In this document: positions 9,638 through 19,695 of the stretch, in pieces | Layout: the number at the start of each line of letters is the position of its first letter | Position numbering within the stretch: the stretch's first letter is position 1 | NCBI GenBank assembly: GCA_031282835.1 | Contig: JAITCU010000020.1 | Coordinates: 15,805-79,804 of the forward strand | Source: Puniceicoccales bacterium | GTDB lineage: Bacteria > Verrucomicrobiota > Verrucomicrobiia > Opitutales > JAIRLM01 | Length of the DNA stretch: 64,000 nucleotides | Direction of reading: 5' to 3' | Program-made: the position numbers and the translations under genes | The notes under the pieces: model-generated | Database searches by the model: none | Told to the model about the DNA's origin: nothing | The model's input: the letters and a program-made list of their open reading frames with translations, nothing else

Positions 9638-10948
9638 TTAGAAGATAAAGTCATCATGTAGCACCGTCCGCTCGGGGACGCAAATGATCCCATCGACGAG
9701 GACGCAACCGTGGGACTCATAGCCATTTGGCTTGCCATCCGCAACAAGTCGGACCCGGTCGCCGATGCGGGAGTCCTTATCGATGATGGCGTTGCGGATG
9801 TAGCAATTTTTCCCAACTCCACAGGGAATGGGGCCATTTGGTGTGTGACGTTTTTCAAAAGCATTGTTCCCCATTACTAAAACGTCCTCCAGACATGAAT
9901 TTTCGCGGATAACCGATCGAATCCCGATGACACAACGGCGTAAAACCGCGCGATCAATGAGGCATCCATCGCCGATGATGACGCGTTCCATGGCGCACCC
10001 GTTGATTTTAGACGCCGGTAGATAGCGTGGTTTCGTAAAAATGGGATGCTTTTCGTCAAAGAAGTCGAACGGCGGGATAATATCCGTGAGGGCTAAATTT
10101 GCGTCGAAGAAAGAACGTACTGAGCCGATGTCCTCCCAATAGCCGCTGAAGAGATAGGTGTACATTGCCGTTCCCTGGGCCAATAGCTTAGGTAAAACGT
10201 TTTTCCCAAAGTCATTTTCGCTGCCTTCCAACGCTCGTTTAAGTGTTTCAAAACGAAATAAATAATTCCCCATGGACGCGACACAGTAGGATTGGTTAAC
10301 ATCGAGGTTGTGGCGTATGTATTCTTCTCGAGGGAGCAGGAGTCGGCGGATTTGCTCATCGGTGCTTGGCTTTTCCTCGAAGTTGCGGATTCGCATATCG
10401 GGATACAGTTCCATGACGCCGAGTTGGCGCACAATGCTGCTGGGAACGATTTTTCCCGAAATGGTAACTTCCGCTCTCGATTCCAAGTGCGCCCTTACCA
10501 TGGCGGAAAAATCCATGCGATAAAGGTGGTCCCCGGCGAGTATGAGGACCAGGTCATCGTCCGAAAGATTGATGTAATCCATATTTTTCCGGACCGCATC
10601 CGCGGTCCCTTCATACCAAGTATGGTCTTTCCCGTCAACTTGTTCGGCGGGAAGAACTTCAACAAACCCTCCAGCGAATGGATCAAAGTTATAGGTTTCA
10701 GCGACGTGGCGGTGGAGGGAACGGGTGTGGTACTGGGTCAGCAGGTAAATTTGATTATAGCCCGAGTGAATGCTGTTACTAATGGCAATGTCGACGAGTC
10801 GGTACTTGCCGCCGATGGGAACCGCCGGTTTGCATCGACCCTTGGTGAGGGGGAAAAGGCGACTTCCAACGCCTCCGCCCATAATGATCGTTTGCACCCG
10901 AACTTGTCGCATTATTTTATAGTATAATTGACGCTCGTAAAAACTCAA
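9638..10948 (-). CDS. glgC: glucose-1-phosphate adenylyltransferase
   Basis: GGGVGSRLFPLTKGRCKPAVPIGGKYRLVDIAISN plus a C-terminal left-handed beta-helix-type region. The true start may be the internal Met at 10912. Confidence 0.9.
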   Translation of the reverse strand: MSFYERQLYYKIMRQVRVQTIIMGGGVGSRLFPLTKGRCKPAVPIGGKYRLVDIAISNSIHSGYNQIYLLTQYHTRSLHRHVAETYNFDPFAGGFVEVLPAEQVDGKDHTWYEGTADAVRKNMDYINLSDDDLVLILAGDHLYRMDFSAMVRAHLESRAEVTISGKIVPSSIVRQLGVMELYPDMRIRNFEEKPSTDEQIRRLLLPREEYIRHNLDVNQSYCVASMGNYLFRFETLKRALEGSENDFGKNVLPKLLAQGTAMYTYLFSGYWEDIGSVRSFFDANLALTDIIPPFDFFDEKHPIFTKPRYLPASKINGCAMERVIIGDGCLIDRAVLRRCVIGIRSVIRENSCLEDVLVMGNNAFEKRHTPNGPIPCGVGKNCYIRNAIIDKDSRIGDRVRLVADGKPNGYESHGCVLVDGIICVPERTVLHDDFIF

Positions 10949-11102
10949 AACAATTCCGAAAATCGCTCACTTTTATGGATAACTTACATTATGCGCGATA
11001 CTTATGCAAGTTGACCGCTCACACGTGAATGTATGGAAATTTTTATCCGCCAGGATGCTGAGCGTGGGGCAACCATTTGATTTTACGTTCGATGCAGGCG
11101 AT

Positions 11103-12089
11103 TTAGCGGCGGGACCGACCCGATTTTGCCTCCTGCGCCGCGTTGATGATTTCTGCCGGAGTGGCGACCGCGGTACCGAATTTTCCGACAACGATCCCCG
11201 CCGCCGTGTTGGCAAAGCGTGCAGCCTCCTCCAAATCCTTGCCCACAGCAAGACTGATGGAAATCGCGGAAATAACCGTGTCCCCAGCCCCAGAGATATC
11301 GAAGACCTCCCGGACCGCCGTTGGAACCTGGCGTAATACCTGGCCGTCCTTACAGAGTAGCATTCCCTGGTCGCTCAGGGTGATAACCAAATATTTTGGC
11401 GCGTGTGACTGATAAATTTTTTTGCAGACAACTTGCCAGTCGACGGGGCGCCCCTTCTCCCGTTCCATTTCGGCCATTTCCAGGGCTTCATTGGCACTCG
11501 GGGTGATAAGGTCAACACTGGCGTAGCGCAACTTGTGTTGCGGGTTCGGATCCGCAGCCACGAAGCAGTTATTTCTATGGGCAATTTCAATGGCGGAATC
11601 GATCAAATGCTGCGTCAGCGCACCCTTGGCGTGATCCGACAGAATGAGCAAGTCCGTATTTTGCAAAATGTCTTTTAAATTTTCCATCGCCCGCTCAAAG
11701 GCGGTGGTATTTGTCGCCTTTCCCCGGTCAACGCGGCACAGCTGCTGCCGTTTCGCCATAATGCGCGTTTTGACGACCGTTTGCACATCATTGGTTCGCA
11801 ACCGTGTATCAAATAGGATCTTGTTGTCTACGAGTAGATTTTGCAACCGATCCCCGGCGGCGTCAACTCCCAGCGGCCCGATCACTTCAACGAGCGAACC
11901 AAATGTCTTCAAGTTTAGGGCCACATTGGCGGCGCCGCCCAACAACCAGATATCCTCGTGCACGTCCACAACGGGGACGGGTGCCTCAACGGAAAGCTGG
12001 CTCGCATCGCCCATTACGTAATGGTCGAGAAATAGGTCCCCAAGTATGACCGCGCGAATGCCGACGGCACGATCTAGAATTGACTGCAT
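11103..12089 (-). CDS. hldA: PfkB-family D-glycero-beta-D-manno-heptose-7-phosphate kinase (RfaE domain I-like)
   Basis: ILGDLFLDHYVMGDASQLSVEAPVPVV and DISGAGDT motifs. Start set at ATG 12089, preceded by GGAGGTAAGC, rather than the ORF-track start 12167. Confidence 0.7.
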   Translation of the reverse strand: MQSILDRAVGIRAVILGDLFLDHYVMGDASQLSVEAPVPVVDVHEDIWLLGGAANVALNLKTFGSLVEVIGPLGVDAAGDRLQNLLVDNKILFDTRLRTNDVQTVVKTRIMAKRQQLCRVDRGKATNTTAFERAMENLKDILQNTDLLILSDHAKGALTQHLIDSAIEIAHRNNCFVAADPNPQHKLRYASVDLITPSANEALEMAEMEREKGRPVDWQVVCKKIYQSHAPKYLVITLSDQGMLLCKDGQVLRQVPTAVREVFDISGAGDTVISAISISLAVGKDLEEAARFANTAAGIVVGKFGTAVATPAEIINAAQEAKSGRSRR

Positions 12090-12346
12090 GCTTACCTCCT
12101 GGTGGGAAAAAGCACTTTTGAGCACTTTTGTAAATATTTTGTTAATCAATTCCCTCGCAGGGAACATTCTCCCGCTTTTGGGGAGCTATTGGGATGAATG
12201 GCGGCGGCATGCGACCCACAGGACCCGCGCAGTAAATTCGCACACATCCGGGAAAACCGTAAAAATATCGCAAAAATTTCACCAACAGCCCAGCTCTTTT
12301 GTCGCAATCATCAAATAGATGGTCCTACTTTTGGAGCGCTGAGACT

Positions 12347-12390
12347 GAATAGAGATCCTGCAGAAGTCGCTTTTTGGCCATTTTGCAGGG
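12347..12390 (-). repeat. partial, inverted-orientation copy of the ~97-bp palindromic element
   Basis: GAATAGAGATCCTGCAGAAGTCGCTTTTTGGCCATTTTGC matches the reverse complement of the right arm of the 45982-46078 element over about 38 nt. The remainder has diverged. Confidence 0.45.
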
Positions 12391-12552
12391 CCGCTATAGA
12401 AATCTCAAAACCCATTGAAAAGTTCGCTTGGCCAAAATTTTTGCAAACAACCTGAGTTTGAGAAACGTTGGGAACAGCTTTTCGGGACGTTTGACGCTGG
12501 CTTCCAGTCGTGCTTGCTTTTCGTCGGTTTTGGTGGCGAGGATTGAAGCCTT

Positions 12553-13341
12553 GTGGAAGAAGGCAATCAACGGCAGCGGATTCAAAAGTTTCTTTCCGCG
12601 CAAGGGATTTGTTCCCGGCGCAGCGGCGAGAAAGCTGTTCTGGAGCAGCGTGTTTGCGTTAATGGGAAGCCTGCCACAATTGGGCAACTGATCGATCCTC
12701 AGCAGGACACTATTACCTTTGATGGGGAAACAATTCGTCCGCGTGTGCGCCAAAAACTTATCCTCATTGCCCTCCACAAACCGAGGGGTTACGTATGTAC
12801 CCATTGCGATCCACACTGTCCCATTTCCGACACAATTTATTCCCTTTTGCCTGGCTATGGCGATGTTAAGCTTATTTGTTGCGGGAGATTGGATAAGGAC
12901 AGTGAGGGTTTGGTGCTGTTGACAAATGATGGAGCTTTGGCCGCAAAGCTGCTGCATCCATCCAGTGGCATTGCGAAACACTACCGGGTGGAAATTCACA
13001 TGCCCCTTGATGAGGGCCACCGAAGGGCATTACTCGATGGCATTGAGTCGGAGGGTGATACCCTGCGCGCCGCGCACGTGGAGTGCGAGACCGGTGGCCG
13101 GCGACGGTTACACGTTGTTTTGCGCGAAGGTCGTAAGCGACACATCCGTAGGATGTTGGAATATTTTGGCTACCGGGTCGATCGGCTAATTCGCTTCCGC
13201 ATCGGCCACTTCGCCCTCGACAAAATCCCCGTTGGCCGCTACCGGAGGCTCGATGAAAGTCATTTGAAAAAACTCCTTGTGCATGACCAAAAGTTTGCCG
13301 ACAGTCTTCAGAAGTATGGGTCGCGCGGTGATTGTGAATAA
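12553..13341 (+). CDS. RsuA/RluB-family rRNA pseudouridine synthase
   Basis: N-terminal S4-like RIQKFLSAQGICSRR and the catalytic motif GRLDKDSEGLVLLTNDG. Confidence 0.8.
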   Translation: MEEGNQRQRIQKFLSAQGICSRRSGEKAVLEQRVCVNGKPATIGQLIDPQQDTITFDGETIRPRVRQKLILIALHKPRGYVCTHCDPHCPISDTIYSLLPGYGDVKLICCGRLDKDSEGLVLLTNDGALAAKLLHPSSGIAKHYRVEIHMPLDEGHRRALLDGIESEGDTLRAAHVECETGGRRRLHVVLREGRKRHIRRMLEYFGYRVDRLIRFRIGHFALDKIPVGRYRRLDESHLKKLLVHDQKFADSLQKYGSRGDCE

Positions 13342-13484
13342 CTTTGCGAATAAGATACCCAGATGTCGTCCAGACCGCGCCTTGCAAAGATGTTGGCCAT
13401 GGGCCGGCAAAAGTTGGATAATTTTGTAACGCTCTGTGTATGAGCCAGTTATCCATTGATGGCGGGTTTGTGGTTGGGGAGTAA

Positions 13485-14909
13485 TTGCTAGGGATGGCGA
13501 AGGATGCGATGAGCGGGTGCGCCGTGAATAACTTTGAAGATGTGGGCGAAAATGAGGTTCCATTTGCTGCGCTTTGGGGTGAACTGCAAAGCGATTTTCG
13601 CCAGCTATTTTCCGAGGATGTGTACCGTGTATGGTTTGCTAGTTTGCGTCCGGCGAAGGTGTCCGGGGATTCGCTTACCCTGCTCGCTCCCAATGAATTT
13701 GCTGCCATTTGGATCCGCGATAATTACAAGTCGCTCATCGAGTCTCAAATTGCCAAGCACACGGGGCGCAACATTTCCGTCGCGTTGGAATTTGCCGACA
13801 ATCGGGCGGAGACCGCGGCCAACCCCGTTGGACAAAACCAGCGGGCGAATACGGCGTCACGCTGCGCCGATGCCATGCAGAAATTCGACGAAACCTATTC
13901 GGTAAATTCCAAAAATACCTTCGAAAGTTTTGTAATTGGGCCTGGGAACCAGCTGGCACAGGCAACCTGTGTCGCCGTGGCGAGAAATCCGGGAAAGGCC
14001 TACAATCCGCTCTTTCTCTACGGGGCGACGGGGCTCGGGAAGACGCATTTGCTGCAAGCTATTGCCCATGAGGCGCTTAAAAAGAAAGCGCGGTTGAAAG
14101 CGGTGTATATTTCGACGGAAAAATTTACCAACGAATTCATTAAGTCCATCCAGGAAAACCGCGTTTCCAAATTCCGCGAAATGTACCGCGGGGTGGACCT
14201 CCTGCTCATCGACGACATCCATTTCATCGCCGGCAAGGAGCGGATTCAGGAAGAATTTTTCCACACGTTTAACGCGCTTTTTGAGTCCCAGCGGCAAATT
14301 TGTCTCTGCAGTGACCGGCCGGCGTCGGAAATCACAGGGCTGGAGAGTCGCCTGGTGTCCCGTTTCCAATGGGGATTTATCGCGGATATCCAGGCGCCGG
14401 ATCTGGAAACGCGCATCGCCATTTTGCAGCGAAAGGCGACCGCCATGAATTTGGAACTGGCCGAGGACGTTATCCATCTCCTGGCCAAGGGGGTGGCGAG
14501 CAACGTGCGCCGGCTGGAGGGCGCGCTTAACCGCGTGGCCGGGTACATGGCGCTAAAAGGTCGCCCGATCAATGTCGCCGACGCGCAGGACCTGCTGAAG
14601 GACTTTTTTTCCGATGAGCAACGGACGGCGAGCATTGGGCAAATTCAACGGCGCGTGGCCGACCACTATCGAATTACCCTTGCGGACATGTTGGGTAAGA
14701 AGCGGCCCGCGCGCATCGCCTTCCCCCGTCAGGTGGCCATGTATTTGTCGCGGTTGCTCACGTCGCATTCGCTCCAGCGCATCGGCAGCGAATTTGGCGG
14801 CAAGGACCATGGAACCGTGATCCACGCGTGCAAGGCCGTTGAGCTTGCAATTGAGCAAAACCCGGACGTGCGGCGCGACGTCAAAATGATCCAGGATGGC
14901 CTGCGGTGA
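13485..14909 (+). CDS. dnaA: chromosomal replication initiator DnaA
   Basis: AAA+ motifs GATGLGKTHLLQAI and LLLIDDIHF, and a C-terminal DNA-binding region SLQRIGSEFGGKDHGTVIHA. The start codon is ambiguous (Met at 13485, 13494 or 13509). Confidence 0.9.
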   Translation: MLGMAKDAMSGCAVNNFEDVGENEVPFAALWGELQSDFRQLFSEDVYRVWFASLRPAKVSGDSLTLLAPNEFAAIWIRDNYKSLIESQIAKHTGRNISVALEFADNRAETAANPVGQNQRANTASRCADAMQKFDETYSVNSKNTFESFVIGPGNQLAQATCVAVARNPGKAYNPLFLYGATGLGKTHLLQAIAHEALKKKARLKAVYISTEKFTNEFIKSIQENRVSKFREMYRGVDLLLIDDIHFIAGKERIQEEFFHTFNALFESQRQICLCSDRPASEITGLESRLVSRFQWGFIADIQAPDLETRIAILQRKATAMNLELAEDVIHLLAKGVASNVRRLEGALNRVAGYMALKGRPINVADAQDLLKDFFSDEQRTASIGQIQRRVADHYRITLADMLGKKRPARIAFPRQVAMYLSRLLTSHSLQRIGSEFGGKDHGTVIHACKAVELAIEQNPDVRRDVKMIQDGLR

Positions 14910-15002
14910 CTTCTTCGGCAACGCACCGGTTATTGGGAGTACGTTTTCCGTTTTCCAGCGAAATTAGCTTGCCATTAAACGGCATAGTAGTTTTATGGAT
15001 AT

Positions 15003-16715
15003 ATGATGCATATTCCCCAAGTGACGCGCCCGCTGGAATGGCAAACCATTTGGAAAAACCCGATCAAATTATTAGCACTTGTTGGCGTCGTAGTCACCTG
15101 GCCTATTTCCGCACCCATCTACGGACTGGTCCAGCTGCTGGCGGTTATGACTCAGTTGTCCGTCATTATTGGCTTTGCCAACGGCTATTGGGCTGCCATT
15201 TCCCTGGCTTTTCTGCGTAAGGCGATAGTTCCATCGCCTGGGGCGACCCCGCCACCGCCCGAGGTAACACCGGCCCTGCCCGTGGAAAAACCGCGGCTTT
15301 CGATCGAGAAGTTGCCAATATCCACGGAAAGTCCGCCTCTTGAACATTCGAGGACGAGCCCGTCTGAGAAGGTAGATTTTCAGGGATTATCTTCTCCTTC
15401 GGTATGGGATGACCCTATAACCGATGAATTTGTAGCCCGCCAAATAGAGATAGCTCGATCATGTGGCGATGACCTTAACCTGGAGGCTTTTTTGAGGCCA
15501 ATATTCCAGCGCAATTGTGGCCTTGAATTTTTTCATAGATGCGAACTGGCAGATCCGTTTCTAAGCGCAAGAGTAAGTGGATACATCAGTGGAAGGCAGA
15601 ATCTAAGATGGATGAGACGCGGCATGCAAATTTTAAGTACGCGATCACCTAACGCATTAATGATGTGCATACCGAAATTCGCTGAATGTACTAATCTGGC
15701 CAAGCAATGTGAGACTTTCCGTTACATCCTTAGGCATTATCCTAAACGTGTAAGCGAAATTTCCTCCGCGTTTGGGCAATATGTGGAATCTTCGAAAATG
15801 TGGATTAGCCTTGAGGATTTCAGGTGTTGCATCGATGCGGAGAAGTGCAAAGAATGCTTTTCATCTGGAAGCAATCCAGCGAGACAGTTGCTGGGACATC
15901 TACCGCGGTCGGCGGTTGCCAACGGTTGGAAGGCGACGGGGATTCCGCTTAATACGTTCATCTCGGAGCAACCTCCAGATTATGATACGGTTTTACACAT
16001 TCTTCAAGGTTTGCCAGTTAACGAGGCAGCGCGGGAACTTCAAAAACTTTCCCCATCTAATGCGGAACAGTTGATCCGTGATTCTTGCGGATTATGTCCG
16101 AAGCGGACGGCGCGAATTTTACTGCAAATTGATCCGTCACTTACTGAAACAATTCTCAGGGATTCAAATTTTTCCCTTGCACAACTGTTTGAGATGGCCA
16201 GCGAAATGAAAAAGCAAGATCACACAAAATGGGCAGAATTTTTTCCACAAGAGCCGAGTAAAATTCACAAAATGTACGCGAACCCTTTAACCCGCACGTT
16301 TTCATATGTGTGCATGCTCACCATGGCCGAAGATGAACGTTTGGCATTTTTTGAACAAGATCCGCATAGAATTGCCGATTTATTGGAACCCGTTGCAGAT
16401 TCTGGATCTCCGGAGCTTGCTAGAATTTTCTGGTTAATCTTCAAAAGCGGAATTATCATCAAGCATTCATTGCCTTTACGGCGCGTCAGTTTTTGGCACC
16501 GCCTTAAGCAAATGACTGCCAAACTTGCCGAAAGTAGATCCTTTTTTGCCTTTGTCGTTAAATGCGGGAATGCCTCGGACGCTGACCTCGCCCAGTTTTT
16601 CAATCGCTTCGAAAGCGAAGTGTTTGATGGAAGCCAACTTTTAAATCAGTTACCCCCCGAAAGGGTAAAAAATATCGAGCGTTTGATGGCTGCGGGGCGC
16701 CCAAATGCTCCGTGA
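15003..16715 (+). CDS. hypothetical membrane protein with an N-terminal bilobed hydrophobic domain (Inc-like)
   Basis: 570-aa ORF. Residues ~20-75 form two adjacent hydrophobic helices (LLALVGVVVTWPISAPIYGLVQLLAV / LSVIIGFANGYWAAISLAFL). A Pro-rich linker follows, and the rest has no motif I recognise. Confidence 0.7.
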   Translation: MMHIPQVTRPLEWQTIWKNPIKLLALVGVVVTWPISAPIYGLVQLLAVMTQLSVIIGFANGYWAAISLAFLRKAIVPSPGATPPPPEVTPALPVEKPRLSIEKLPISTESPPLEHSRTSPSEKVDFQGLSSPSVWDDPITDEFVARQIEIARSCGDDLNLEAFLRPIFQRNCGLEFFHRCELADPFLSARVSGYISGRQNLRWMRRGMQILSTRSPNALMMCIPKFAECTNLAKQCETFRYILRHYPKRVSEISSAFGQYVESSKMWISLEDFRCCIDAEKCKECFSSGSNPARQLLGHLPRSAVANGWKATGIPLNTFISEQPPDYDTVLHILQGLPVNEAARELQKLSPSNAEQLIRDSCGLCPKRTARILLQIDPSLTETILRDSNFSLAQLFEMASEMKKQDHTKWAEFFPQEPSKIHKMYANPLTRTFSYVCMLTMAEDERLAFFEQDPHRIADLLEPVADSGSPELARIFWLIFKSGIIIKHSLPLRRVSFWHRLKQMTAKLAESRSFFAFVVKCGNASDADLAQFFNRFESEVFDGSQLLNQLPPERVKNIERLMAAGRPNAP

Positions 16716-16790
16716 GCCATGCGGGGACGACGATTAAAACGGGACCCTTCGAAAATATTTGCTAGATTTTTACGTTCCAACGAAAAAGCG

Positions 16791-16855
16791 TTGACAACCA
16801 GCCACTTTCAAGCAGCATAATTCCCTAGAATTCGAATTCTAAAAAAAGGATTAAT
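16791..16855 (+). promoter_or_regulatory. cassette C1 promoter/operator
   Basis: TTGACA(16791-16796), 19 nt, CATAAT(16816-16821), TCCCT, AGAATTCGAATTCT (16827-16840, a perfect palindrome), AAAAAAAGGATTAAT, then ATG at 16856. Four other loci have the same layout. Confidence 0.55.
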
Positions 16856-16981
16856 ATGAAAAAAGATACCACTATCCCCGTCTCCGCGACAAGTATTCCC
16901 GATGGCGATTTAAAGCTGGCATGTTCCGAGCCCAGGCCTGATGAAGTGATTGACTGTAACAGTGATAATGTAATCCCATGA
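16856..16981 (+). CDS. 41-codon upstream ORF translationally coupled to alaS
   Basis: MKKDTTIPVSATSIPDGDLKLACSEPRPDEVIDCNSDNVIP. An SD-like AAGGA lies 6 nt upstream. Its TGA (16979-16981) overlaps the alaS ATG (16978-16980). Below the ORF-track size cutoff. Confidence 0.45.
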   Translation: MKKDTTIPVSATSIPDGDLKLACSEPRPDEVIDCNSDNVIP

Positions 16982-19695
16982 AAACCGCTGAAGAATTACG
17001 CCGGGAGTTTCTCGATTACTTTTCCACACACGAACACCGGATTGTTCCCTCCGAGTCGCTTTTGCCCGGTTCACCCAATTTGCTTTTTACAAATGCCGGG
17101 ATGAATCAATTCGTGCCCTATTTTCTTAACGAGCGCCCAAGCCCATTTGCGCGGGCGGCGGACTCTCAGAAATGCATCCGCGCCGGCGGGAAACACAACG
17201 ACTTGGACGACGTGGGCTACGACACCTACCACCACACGTTTTTTGAAATGCTCGGCAACTGGTCCTTTGGCGATTATTTCAAACATGAGGCCATCTCCAT
17301 GGCGTGGGATCTGCTGGTAAATCGGTGGAAATTTCCCAAGGAACGACTCCACGTAACCGTCTACAAGCCGAAAACCGGTGAACCCTCCGAGGAGGACCGG
17401 GAGGCGTACGGCATTTGGGAAAAAATATTTATCCGGGAGGGCTTGGAGCCCGGGCGGCACATCCACTTTGGAAGCGCGAGGGACAACTTTTGGATGATGG
17501 GCGAAACCGGTCCTTGCGGGCCCTGCACGGAAATTCACATGGACCTCACCCCCGATGGCAACGGGGAAAATTTGGTAAATTCCGGATCGCCCCGGTGCAT
17601 GGAGCTGTGGAATTTGGTATTTATCCAGTACAACGCATTGGGCGAGGGCAATTTCGCGCCGCTACCGGCTCGCTACGTGGACACGGGCATGGGACTGGAG
17701 CGCATTGCCGGGGTTATTGCTTCAACTGCAGGATTCCGCGATTTTTCCAAAAATCCCTCCAACTATGGCAGTGACCTATTTGAACCGCTTTTCGCCGCCG
17801 TGGAAGCGGCGGCGGGGCGGAAAATCACCTACAATGGCACCGTCCCGGCGGACCGGAAAAAGCTTTCTTCCCAGGAAATGGCCGATTGCTCCTTCCGCGT
17901 TGTTGCGGACCATGTGCGGGCCTTGACCTTTGCCATTGGCGACGGCATTTTGCCCGGTAATGAGGGTCGGGGATATGTGCTCCGCCGCATCCTCCGCCGG
18001 GCCATTTTATTTGGCCAACGCCTGGGCCTGGGGGGCAACTTTCTGGCCGATTTGTCCGCGGTCTGCATCCGGCAAATGGCCCATGCCTATCCGACGCTCG
18101 AAACCAATGGGGAAACCATCGGAAAGGTTCTCGTGCGCGAACAGGAAGCGTTCACACGCACCTTGGAGCGCGGGCTACAGTTGCTCCAAGCAGCTATCCG
18201 CGAGCATGATACCACCGTTCCCGGGGATGTGGTTTTCGAGCTTTACGATACCTACGGTTTCCCCGTCGACCTTGCCGAATTGGTCGCCGGGGAGTCGTCC
18301 CGGACTTTGGACCGGGATGGGTTTGAGAAGTGCATGGCGGCCCAACGGCAACGGGCGCGCGAGGCCCAACGGGCGGAAACAATCACCGTCAAAGATTCAG
18401 ACAATGCGGCCGCACAAACGGTCTTTGTGGGACATGCAACGACGGGCCCGGTGGAAACGTGCCTCATAAAAACGGTTTCGCAGGGTGGAAAATTTCGGGC
18501 GGTTTTTGCCGAAACGCCCTTTTATGCCGAAAAGGGCGGACAAGTCGGTGATAGCGGACACGCGTCCATCGATGGTCGAACTTACGCAATCACGGACACG
18601 CAAATTTCCTCGGATGGGACCATATTGCATGAAATGTCCGACGCCATCGGGGCCATCCCCTGTGGGAGTAGGGTTTTTTTAACCGTCGATGGGGACCGCC
18701 GGCAGCGCATTTGTTGCCATCACACGGCGACGCACGTTTTGCAGGCGGCACTTCGCCAAGTACTCGGTAACCATGTGAAACAGATGGGTTCGTCGGTCGG
18801 TGAGGATTCCCTCCGCTTTGATTTCAGCCACTTTGAAAAACTTTCCCGTGAACAGCTGGAACAAACGGAGGACCTGGCAAATGCCATCGTTCTCAAAAAT
18901 TTTGCCGTGCGCACGGCGGAAGTTCCATTTGCCCAACGGCCGGACCACTGCCTGGCCCATTTCGGGGAACGCTACGGGGATCGGGTGCGCGTGGTCGAGT
19001 TTGTTGGCACGCAAATGGCGGAACTGTGCGGAGGGACCCATGTACGGGCAACCGGTGAAATCGGTGTGATTAAAATTTTGAGCGAGCAGGGCATTGCCGC
19101 CGGGACGCGCCGCATCGAAGCCGTTGCCGGAGTGAATGCGCAAAAGCTTTTCGGAAAAATTTTCCGCGACCAATGCGAATGCGCTCAACGGCTCCACTGC
19201 CCAATGGATGACCTCGCCGATGCGCTTTCAAAATTGCAGAGCCAAAAACAACAACTGGAAAAACAGGTCAAAGCGATGGCTAAGACGCAGGCGCAACGGC
19301 AATTAAAGGAATTTCTTGAAAAAAGCGTTGAGGTAAACGGACAACGCTGGGTAACGGGATGCTTTGACGTACCTCTGGACAACGGCGCATTGCGGTCCTT
19401 TGCCAAGGAGGCATCGGTGCAATTACCGCAGGCGCATGCGCTATTGCTCGCTCGGGAGGACTCGGGCATCTCCTACGTTCTTTCCACGTCCCCAGAAAGC
19501 GGGGTTTCCGCACAGAAGCTCATCGAAACTTGGAACGCAATCGTAGGGGGCAGTGGTGGGGGAAACGACACCGTCGCGTGCGGCAAATGCCCTGCCATCA
19601 AGGATATCCAAACGGTGCTTCAAAAACTTTATGATGTTTCCTCCACCCGGAAATGGAACCTTGGAATAAGTACCCCAATACGCGCATCATTATAA
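16978..19695 (+). CDS. alaS: alanine--tRNA ligase
   Basis: 905 aa. HHTFFEMLGNWSFGDYFK, the editing-domain HTATHVL...CGGTHV pair, and a C-terminal GGSGGG segment. Confidence 0.95.
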   Translation: MKTAEELRREFLDYFSTHEHRIVPSESLLPGSPNLLFTNAGMNQFVPYFLNERPSPFARAADSQKCIRAGGKHNDLDDVGYDTYHHTFFEMLGNWSFGDYFKHEAISMAWDLLVNRWKFPKERLHVTVYKPKTGEPSEEDREAYGIWEKIFIREGLEPGRHIHFGSARDNFWMMGETGPCGPCTEIHMDLTPDGNGENLVNSGSPRCMELWNLVFIQYNALGEGNFAPLPARYVDTGMGLERIAGVIASTAGFRDFSKNPSNYGSDLFEPLFAAVEAAAGRKITYNGTVPADRKKLSSQEMADCSFRVVADHVRALTFAIGDGILPGNEGRGYVLRRILRRAILFGQRLGLGGNFLADLSAVCIRQMAHAYPTLETNGETIGKVLVREQEAFTRTLERGLQLLQAAIREHDTTVPGDVVFELYDTYGFPVDLAELVAGESSRTLDRDGFEKCMAAQRQRAREAQRAETITVKDSDNAAAQTVFVGHATTGPVETCLIKTVSQGGKFRAVFAETPFYAEKGGQVGDSGHASIDGRTYAITDTQISSDGTILHEMSDAIGAIPCGSRVFLTVDGDRRQRICCHHTATHVLQAALRQVLGNHVKQMGSSVGEDSLRFDFSHFEKLSREQLEQTEDLANAIVLKNFAVRTAEVPFAQRPDHCLAHFGERYGDRVRVVEFVGTQMAELCGGTHVRATGEIGVIKILSEQGIAAGTRRIEAVAGVNAQKLFGKIFRDQCECAQRLHCPMDDLADALSKLQSQKQQLEKQVKAMAKTQAQRQLKEFLEKSVEVNGQRWVTGCFDVPLDNGALRSFAKEASVQLPQAHALLLAREDSGISYVLSTSPESGVSAQKLIETWNAIVGGSGGGNDTVACGKCPAIKDIQTVLQKLYDVSSTRKWNLGISTPIRASL

